The notes beneath the pieces were generated by a model, which was given only the letters and a program-made list of their open reading frames with translations, searched no databases and was not told the DNA's origin. Made by a program: the position numbers and the translations under genes. A stretch of 64,000 nt of DNA from assembly GCA_002007365.1 (NCBI GenBank), contig LNZR01000043.1:14131-78130 (forward strand), written 5' to 3'. Origin of the DNA: Epulopiscium sp. Nele67-Bin005 (lineage in GTDB: Bacteria; Bacillota; Clostridia; Lachnospirales; Cellulosilyticaceae). Below are positions 57,002 to 64,000 of the stretch, piece after piece; within the stretch, counting starts at the first letter, position 1; every line of letters starts with the position of its first letter.

Positions 57002-57604
57002 CTAAATCTCACTTTCAATCTTCAATTTCATAGCCGATAATGCTTTTCCTCGATGGCTAATTTTATTTTTTTCTTCAGCTGATAATTCGGCCAAAGAAGT
57101 TTCTTCATTAATATAAAAAATCGGGTCATATCCAAAACCATTGCTACCTTTTGCCTCAAAACCGATATACCCTTCAATTGTTCCTTTTGTAACTATCGGT
57201 TTTTGATTTGGTGCAATTATCGCAATCACACATACAAATCTTGCTGTACGATTTGACCACAACACGCCTTCCATTCGCTCAAGAATAATTTTATTTTTTT
57301 CCTCGTATGGCGTGTCCTCTCCCAAATATCTTGAAGAATACACTCCTGGTTCTTTATTTAGAAAATCAATTTCTAGCCCAGAGTCATCTGCCATAAATAA
57401 ATATTGATTAGTATCCTTTTTTTCCATATAAGAAATAATGCTTTCAACTTTAATTACAGCGTTCTCCTCAAAAGTTGTACCAGTTTCTTCTATATTATAG
57501 TCGATTTTTGCATCTGCCATCGTAATAATATTATAATCCTCAAAAAACTTTTTTACTTCTCTAACTTTTCCTTGATTTGTTGTCACCAACATTATAGACT
57601 TCAT
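57002..57604 (-). CDS. rdgB: Non-canonical purine NTP pyrophosphatase (RdgB/HAM1 family)
   Basis: MLVTTNQGKVREV N-terminus, FGYDPIF motif, SHRG near the C-terminus. The start is placed at MKSIMLV, 1 nt after the stop of the upstream gene. Confidence 0.88.
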   Translation of the reverse strand: MKSIMLVTTNQGKVREVKKFFEDYNIITMADAKIDYNIEETGTTFEENAVIKVESIISYMEKKDTNQYLFMADDSGLEIDFLNKEPGVYSSRYLGEDTPYEEKNKIILERMEGVLWSNRTARFVCVIAIIAPNQKPIVTKGTIEGYIGFEAKGSNGFGYDPIFYINEETSLAELSAEEKNKISHRGKALSAMKLKIESEI

Positions 57605-57605
57605 T

Positions 57606-58040
57606 CTAAACTTCCTCCTCCTTATAATATTTCTCATATGTTTGTCGAGTTACTTCTTTAAAATTACTACCTTCAGGAAAAATTACCACTTGTCCATCAA
57701 CCAAAATCGTAATTTTTTGGGCCATAGTATTTTCAAATACAACTTCCATAATTTTTCTAGCTAGCTCAATTTCCATAGCCGACCCACCTCCATAGTTTAG
57801 CATCTGCATATGCAAATTGACAACTACAGTTTCTTCTATATAATGTACGTCAATTACTTTATCTAAAGTTTCATCTAACCATTGTTGAGAGTCAAAATTT
57901 TTTAAATTTTCCTCTGCTTCATCGTGCAAAAACTCTTCTAAATTTTGTCGTAAACTTGGCTGAGTTTGAGTTGGTAAAGTTTCTTGTATATTGTTGTTCA
58001 AAACGCCCATCATAAAAAAGGCCCATACAATTTGTTTCAT
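57606..58040 (-). CDS. Secreted GerMN-domain-like protein
   Basis: N-terminal hydrophobic signal. The C-terminal pattern (VVVNLH...GGGSAMEIELARKIMEVVFEN...ITILVDGQ) resembles GerM-type domains. gerM lies near ysnA (rdgB) in B. subtilis. Confidence 0.5.
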   Translation of the reverse strand: MKQIVWAFFMMGVLNNNIQETLPTQTQPSLRQNLEEFLHDEAEENLKNFDSQQWLDETLDKVIDVHYIEETVVVNLHMQMLNYGGGSAMEIELARKIMEVVFENTMAQKITILVDGQVVIFPEGSNFKEVTRQTYEKYYKEEEV

Positions 58041-58209
58041 AATTAAAATTCTCCTTACTATATTTAATTCCTAAATTAACTCCACCTATTTATCTTTTCC
58101 AAATTTACTATATTTTACCATTTATATTGTACATTATTTAACTTCCGTATACAAATATTATTTTTGCACAAAAAAAGAAATCCCTATTTAAAATAGAGAT
58201 TTCTAAAAT

Positions 58210-60594
58210 TTATCTTGTATACATATTATCAAAATAGTGTATGATACTTTCATAAATTGCTAAACAATATTTTTGATTAAAGTCATCAGAAACTAACTTT
58301 TGAATATCACCCCAGTTAGTTAAAAATCCACCTTCTAACAGTACTGCTGGCATATCACTTGTACGTAAAACATAATAAGTTACATTAGATTTTGCTCCTC
58401 TGTTAGTCATTCCTGTATAACTTATCATCTTATTAATCATAATTTCAGCAAGCTCTTTGCTTAACCCATCATCAGTTGGATAATAAAATACTTCTGTTCC
58501 ATTTGCTGAACTACTAGTTGCTGCGTTATTATGAACACTTACAAATAAATCTGCTCCAATTTCATTAGATAAAGTTGGACGGAAATCTACTGTTATATAA
58601 GTATCTGTTTCTCGTGTATAATAAATTTTAATATCTGGTCTTTGTTCTAATAATCTAGCAAGTTCTGCTACTTGGAAATCAATTATTTGAACTTCCGTAT
58701 AACCATTTGAAACTGCTCCTGGGTCAGAACCACCATGTCCTGGGTCAATTACTAATATCTTGTCATAGCGTTCTCTTGGGTCCATCAAATCAAAAATAAT
58801 AACATTTCCTCTTGTAGAAATATCATACGCCTGAACTCTTGCCTCATCAATAATTAACTTCGTTGTAATATCTGTAATAACCGAAATATCATTAACTTTA
58901 TCATCGTTAACATCTATAAATTCATCTACCAAATATTTACTATAATCTGCACCCAAATCAACAATCATCTGACGTTCAATATAATTATCCGTTACAGAAA
59001 TTTGGCTAATATCTACCATTCCTTCTGGGAGTGTTATTTCGATATTTGTAGTCTCATAATTATAAAATACTGCTCTATCACTTGGCACAAATCCATCATC
59101 AAACCATTCTTCTTCAACTTCTGGCTCTTCTTCAATTTCTGGCTCTGGCACATCACCTTCATCAACCATTCTAAACATTAAGTTTCCATCTACTTCTTCA
59201 AAATAATAATCATATTTTGCCTGTCGACTTAGCCATAATGTTAATTCCGAACCATTTCTAATGTTTTCCAAAGATGCATCTTCAATAAAGTTTAAATCAA
59301 GGTCTTTCCACTCTTCCTCATCATTAAAATATGAATTATTAAGAGTAAATTCCACTTTATCACGAAGTTTATCAGCGTTTACATCAAGTTGAGCTTCTCG
59401 TAAATCTTTGAAGAAAACGTAATCCCCAATATCATCAGACCCCACAATAATTGCGCTTACTGGTTGCTCCTCAAAATTTATTATAACCTGTCTTCTATTG
59501 CTATCTAATTCCACAGAAGCTTTTGCCCCAGACTTTAAGTCAAACACAACTCTAGTAGTATTTGCTGAGAGTTGACTTGTGCGAATTAATGAAACAAAAT
59601 CATTATCTGTTGGTATAATTTCTCTTGGCAAAGTATTTTCACTATTGATAATATCAACTACCAAATGCCCTGCAACCATTGAAACATCAATATCACTAAT
59701 CGCACTACGAGTATCAATTAATCCCGTTGCACCATCTGTAGTTTGACGCATTATTGCATCAACAACCGTAGTTTTTGCATTACTTTGTGCTGGAGCATTT
59801 ACTTCTGTATAATTTTCAGTTCCTATGTAAACTTCTTTTACTCCATCTAACATTCCTAATGCGTTATTAACTTGCTGTTGCCAAGTAATTCTTGGGACTT
59901 CCATAATTCCAAGGTCACTAAACCCTTCTTCCTCAACTTCTGGTTCTACCTCTTCAATTTCTGGTTCGATTTCTTCTTCAACTTCTGGCTCTACCTCTTC
60001 GATTTCTGGTTCTACCTCTTCGATTTCTGGTTCTACCTCTTCGATTTCTGGTTCTAATTCTTCCTCAATTTCTGGGTATGGTCTTTCTGGCTCTGGGTGT
60101 TCTGTCTCTGGTCTTTCCATAAGGTCTGTACGAATATTTACAGTTCTTAACTCTTGGTTCCAATCAACTCGCATTCCTAAATTTTCACTAATAAAACGAA
60201 CAGGCACCATAACTTTATCATTAATCAATTTTACAGGCACAGTTAACTCATGATATTCCCCATCAACCCAAGCAAATTCTTCATTATATTTTAGAGTAAT
60301 TAGAGTTTCCTCATAATAAATATAGGCACGTTTTTCTGTATTTTTCCACTCAACCATTGCACCCAAAGGCTCAAAAACTTCTCGTATAGGTACTAAAGTT
60401 ACATCATCAAATTGAATAGGTGGCATTACTGAAGTATTTACTTCCTCACCATTTATATATAGTGTGATTGGTGGCAAACTATATTCTTGAACTATCCCAT
60501 CATATTCTATTGTTAGCGCTTGAGTTGGAGTTGCCATTGCTCCAATTGCAAGCATTCCAAGACCTAACATACCCATTCTAATTTTATTACTCAC
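58210..60594 (-). CDS. N-acetylmuramoyl-L-alanine amidase (Amidase_3) with a Cu-amine-oxidase-N-like domain, acidic repeat linker and AMIN-like domain
   Basis: C-terminal ILVIDPGHGGSDPGAV ... SVHNNA amidase_3 motifs. N-terminal VMVPVRFISENLGMRVDW stalk domain. RVVFDLKSGAKASVE AMIN-like segment. The likely start is the GTG at 60594, 7 nt after AAGGAGGA (the listed ATG at 60624 lies upstream of that SD). Confidence 0.85.
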   Translation of the reverse strand: MSNKIRMGMLGLGMLAIGAMATPTQALTIEYDGIVQEYSLPPITLYINGEEVNTSVMPPIQFDDVTLVPIREVFEPLGAMVEWKNTEKRAYIYYEETLITLKYNEEFAWVDGEYHELTVPVKLINDKVMVPVRFISENLGMRVDWNQELRTVNIRTDLMERPETEHPEPERPYPEIEEELEPEIEEVEPEIEEVEPEIEEVEPEVEEEIEPEIEEVEPEVEEEGFSDLGIMEVPRITWQQQVNNALGMLDGVKEVYIGTENYTEVNAPAQSNAKTTVVDAIMRQTTDGATGLIDTRSAISDIDVSMVAGHLVVDIINSENTLPREIIPTDNDFVSLIRTSQLSANTTRVVFDLKSGAKASVELDSNRRQVIINFEEQPVSAIIVGSDDIGDYVFFKDLREAQLDVNADKLRDKVEFTLNNSYFNDEEEWKDLDLNFIEDASLENIRNGSELTLWLSRQAKYDYYFEEVDGNLMFRMVDEGDVPEPEIEEEPEVEEEWFDDGFVPSDRAVFYNYETTNIEITLPEGMVDISQISVTDNYIERQMIVDLGADYSKYLVDEFIDVNDDKVNDISVITDITTKLIIDEARVQAYDISTRGNVIIFDLMDPRERYDKILVIDPGHGGSDPGAVSNGYTEVQIIDFQVAELARLLEQRPDIKIYYTRETDTYITVDFRPTLSNEIGADLFVSVHNNAATSSSANGTEVFYYPTDDGLSKELAEIMINKMISYTGMTNRGAKSNVTYYVLRTSDMPAVLLEGGFLTNWGDIQKLVSDDFNQKYCLAIYESIIHYFDNMYTR
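59929..60077. repeat. 21-bp tandem repeat inside the amidase gene, encoding (PEIEEVE)n
   Basis: Three perfect copies of CTACCTCTTCGATTTCTGGTT at 59991-60053, flanked by degenerate copies. Confidence 0.9.
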
Positions 60595-60796
60595 GCAAAA
60601 ATCCTCCTTGTTTATATAGTTCATCTGTAAATACTTGTAAATTTAATATTTACCTTAATTTTATTATTATAATTTATTATACCAAATATTTGTTAATGTT
60701 ACAAAGGTAAATAACATATTTAACATTTTTGTAATCTTTCTCAAAATTATACCTAAAAAAATAAAAGACGTGATGTTACTCACGCCTTTGTTAAAT

Positions 60797-62749
60797 TTAT
60801 TTTAGTAAATCCAAAACCATATCCTCTGTAAGTATTGGAATTTCTAGGTCTTTAGCCTTTTTATTTTTACTTGATGTAGATAAATTATCATTATTAATTA
60901 GATAATTAGTTTTCTTACTAACAGATCCTGTTACTTTTCCTCCGTGTTTTTCAATTTCTAATTGCAAAGCCTTCCTATTTTCAAAATGCATTAAATCCCC
61001 AGTTATTACAAAAGTTTTACCAAATATTTGCGAATCTAATTGTTGAGGTAGTTTTTCTTGCTTAATTAAAGTTAACTCTAACATTAAATCATTTATCATA
61101 GTCTTATTTTCATCTAAACTAAAATAATGAACCAATGCCTCAGCTGTAATTTTGCCTATCCCATCAATTTCTAAAAAATCTTCTTCTGTTGCTACCAAAA
61201 TTTTATTGATATCATCATCAAATTTTGTACAAATTAATTTTGCTGTAGCAAGCCCAACTTGCATAATTCCAAGCCCATGCAATACCTGTGCAAGTGTTGT
61301 AGTTCTTGAGTTATCAACAGCTTTAATCAATCTATTATATGATTGCTCCTTAAAGCCTTCCAAAGTTTTTAGTTCCTCCTCATGTTGCTTTAATTTATAT
61401 ATCGATAAAATATTTATCAAAATATTATTTTTCATCAGTTTTTCAATTGTAGCTTCTGATAAACTTTCTATATTCATTGCATTTCTACTAGCAAAATGAC
61501 TAATTGACTTTAACATCTGAGCTTCACAATTTCCATTTGGGCAATAAAGCATTTTTGCTGATTTTTCTTGCTTGATAATAGTTTCACACCCACAAACAGA
61601 ACAGTTTTTTGGAACTTCAACTGGGCCAGACTTAGTCAGATTTTCAGCAATTTGTGGAATAATCATATTGGCTTTGTAAACTATTACTGTATCACCAATT
61701 CCTAATTTTAATTGCTCCAAAATACTAATATTATGAACGCTTGCACGCCTTACTTCCGTCCCCTCAAGCTCCACAACTTCAAAATTTGCAACAGGATTTA
61801 TCAACCCAGTTCGTGAAGTGTTCCATTCAATTTCGATTATTTTTGTTTCTTTAAGTTCATCACTCCATTTAAATGCAATTGAGTCTTTGGGGAATTTTGA
61901 AGTCGTTCCCAAACTTTTGGAATACTCAATATTATCATAAGTTAAAACTAGACCGTCAGAACCAAAATCATTATTGATAATTTCAGTTTCTAAACTATGA
62001 ATTTGAGAGGCTATTTTCTCTTTATTAACCAAAAAATATCCTGCAATATCAAAGCCTTGCTCCTGCAACCAAGTTAGAGTTTGGCTTTTTAATTCAAAAT
62101 CCTGATTTTCAATTTCTACTATAGAAAATGCAAAAAATTGTACGTTACGTTTTGCTGTTTCTTCAGAATTAAGCTGTCTAACACTTCCACTACACAAGTT
62201 TCTAGGATTTTTATATTTTTCCTCATCTGATAAATTTTCATTTATAATATTAAAATCACTATACGTAATTATAGCTTCACCTCTAATAGTTAAGTTGCCT
62301 TGATAATCAATTTTTAGGGGCAAATTTTTAAAAGTCTTAGCGTTGTTTGTAACATCTTCTCCAACAGTTCCGTTTCCACGAGTGACAGCCTGCATAAGTT
62401 GTCCATTATTATAGGTACAAACTACAGTTAAACCATCTAATTTCCATGACAAAACCCCCTCTTTATCCCCAAGAAATTGTTCTAGCTCCTCAATTTCTTT
62501 AGTTTTGTTGAGGGATAACATTGGTTTTTTGTGGTTAATTTTTTGTAGGTTACTAATTACTTCGTACCCAACTTTTTGTGTTACACTTCCTGCCAAAACT
62601 ATATTTAATTCTTGCTCCAATTTCTCTAGCTCATCATACTTTTTATCATACTCTAAATTTGTCATGATTTCTCTGTTGTGTTGCTCATATGCTTTTGCTG
62701 CCTCAGAAAGTTCTTTTACCAAAGCGTGCATTTTCTTGATTTTCTCCAT
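60797..62749 (-). CDS. ligA: NAD-dependent DNA ligase LigA
   Basis: Adenylation motif (WKLDG), 4-Cys zinc finger (CSVCGC...CPNGNC), HhH repeats, C-terminal BRCT (FVITGDL). Confidence 0.93.
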   Translation of the reverse strand: MEKIKKMHALVKELSEAAKAYEQHNREIMTNLEYDKKYDELEKLEQELNIVLAGSVTQKVGYEVISNLQKINHKKPMLSLNKTKEIEELEQFLGDKEGVLSWKLDGLTVVCTYNNGQLMQAVTRGNGTVGEDVTNNAKTFKNLPLKIDYQGNLTIRGEAIITYSDFNIINENLSDEEKYKNPRNLCSGSVRQLNSEETAKRNVQFFAFSIVEIENQDFELKSQTLTWLQEQGFDIAGYFLVNKEKIASQIHSLETEIINNDFGSDGLVLTYDNIEYSKSLGTTSKFPKDSIAFKWSDELKETKIIEIEWNTSRTGLINPVANFEVVELEGTEVRRASVHNISILEQLKLGIGDTVIVYKANMIIPQIAENLTKSGPVEVPKNCSVCGCETIIKQEKSAKMLYCPNGNCEAQMLKSISHFASRNAMNIESLSEATIEKLMKNNILINILSIYKLKQHEEELKTLEGFKEQSYNRLIKAVDNSRTTTLAQVLHGLGIMQVGLATAKLICTKFDDDINKILVATEEDFLEIDGIGKITAEALVHYFSLDENKTMINDLMLELTLIKQEKLPQQLDSQIFGKTFVITGDLMHFENRKALQLEIEKHGGKVTGSVSKKTNYLINNDNLSTSSKNKKAKDLEIPILTEDMVLDLLK

Positions 62750-62845
62750 TAGTTACCTCACCTTAAAATAAAGCCTCCTCCAATTCGGAGAAGACTTATT
62801 GCTATATAATGACTATATTATATATTAAATTTACCTATCATGCAA

Positions 62846-64000
62846 TCAAATTTTAAATCTTTCCATTTGACCTTTTAAGTTTGTTGATTGTGCCGAAAGT
62901 TCTTCACTAATTGCAACATTTTCTTGAGAAATTGCATAGATTTTTGTAATTTCCTCAAATAATCCCTCAATTCCCATCGTAATTTCACTTAGTGCGTCCC
63001 TTTGATCGATAGAATTATTTTTGATTTTTTGAGAAATTATTGAGCTTTCAATACTTGCTGACAAAATATTATTTAGTGCTTCTGTTGTTAAATGCACCAT
63101 CTGCTCACCTTTTACAACGTTAATTAAATTATTTTGTAGCATATCATGAACTTCTTTTACGATTTCTCTTGTTGTTATAGAAAGCTCACGAACTTCCTTG
63201 GCAACAATTGCAAATCCTTTTCCTTGCTCCCCTGCATGGGCTGCTTCTATTGCTGCATTTAGTGCTAAAAGATTTGTTTGGTTTGCGATTTCATCAATCG
63301 AATTTATTATAGTAGAAATTTGTTCTGTAGATGCTGTAATTAGACTCATTGCCTCAACTAATTCTGTGGAAACTGCTTTGCCATCTGTAGCTTTTTTATT
63401 CATATCTTGGATAATATCGTACCCAATATTTACATTTTCCATATCTTTTAACATTTGTGAAGTTATATTTCCTGTATGCTCTTTAAAAGTTTGGAGTAAT
63501 TCGTACTGACCTGTTGTAACTTCGGCAAGCTCCATTGAGCTACTGGCAATCTGTCTTGCCCCTTCACTTACATCATTTGCTGAAAAAGTAGTATCCTTTA
63601 AAACAGCTCGTAATTTTTCTGATATAGTTATTATTGACAATTTTATTTCAACAAAATCACCCACATACACTTTTTGTGGAATTTTTGTAAAATCACCTTC
63701 TGCAAAATCATGTAAAATCTCTGAAATTTCTTGGATATATCCACTCATATTTTTGGATAAATCATTTGTTACACCAACCAAAGTTTCAACTTCTTTGGTA
63801 TCACACACAATATTTGAAGTATCTAGTCGCATTCTTCCTCCCCCAAGCTCGGATAACAAATATGATACGTCTATAAGTGGAGTTATATATTTATTTGTGA
63901 ATTTAATTGTCAAAAATTTTGTGACAATATATGAAAAGAAAATTATAAAAGCTGCAAATGTTATGCAGTCTAAGATTTGTTGTACACTTGATGAAACTTC
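62846..64000 (-). CDS. Methyl-accepting chemotaxis protein, N-terminus beyond the right window edge
   Basis: The frame stays open upstream of the listed TTG to nt 64000 (…[18 protein letters not shown] is a TM helix). HAMP-like segment. Hairpin [35 protein letters not shown]. The cytoplasmic part is shorter and sequence-distinct from the 13-gene array. Confidence 0.88.
   Translation of the reverse strand, partial: EVSSSVQQILDCITFAAFIIFFSYIVTKFLTIKFTNKYITPLIDVSYLLSELGGGRMRLDTSNIVCDTKEVETLVGVTNDLSKNMSGYIQEISEILHDFAEGDFTKIPQKVYVGDFVEIKLSIITISEKLRAVLKDTTFSANDVSEGARQIASSSMELAEVTTGQYELLQTFKEHTGNITSQMLKDMENVNIGYDIIQDMNKKATDGKAVSTELVEAMSLITASTEQISTIINSIDEIANQTNLLALNAAIEAAHAGEQGKGFAIVAKEVRELSITTREIVKEVHDMLQNNLINVVKGEQMVHLTTEALNNILSASIESSIISQKIKNNSIDQRDALSEITMGIEGLFEEITKIYAISQENVAISEELSAQSTNLKGQMERFKI

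Overview
This is an AT-rich chromosomal segment of Firmicutes/Clostridia type; the gene order acpS-alr-mazEF, the CIRCE-controlled groESL and the GerM-like and SASP-like genes support that assignment. The flanks carry ordinary housekeeping genes: htpG, radA, clpC, alr, acpS, rex, an ABC-F ATPase, groES/groEL, ogg, rdgB, a cell-wall amidase and ligA. They also carry two minus-strand tRNA clusters (5 and 9 genes, none encoding a 3' CCA), a mazEF-type toxin-antitoxin pair, and a 5'-truncated C5 DNA methyltransferase at the left edge. That methyltransferase runs in frame into a restriction-endonuclease-like domain.

The dominant feature is in the centre (21.7-55.5 kb). Thirteen paralogous methyl-accepting chemotaxis protein (MCP) genes of about 700 aa, each apparently monocistronic, form two convergent arms: eight on the plus strand and five on the minus strand. 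The arms bracket groES-groEL-ogg. About 27.5 kb of this 33.9 kb span is MCP coding sequence. A 14th MCP runs off the right edge.

Other points worth a second look:
- Two alpha/beta-SASP-like genes share the same in-frame TGA and sit in roughly 240-bp direct repeats flanking ybjQ.
- Non-adjacent MCP paralogs show mosaic (gene-conversion-like) identity.
- A short sequence motif recurs in several intergenic regions.
- A few candidate regulatory elements are present.

I saw no CRISPR array, transposase, integrase or recognisable phage-defence operon. All functional calls come from reading motifs in the supplied translations by eye; no database search was possible.
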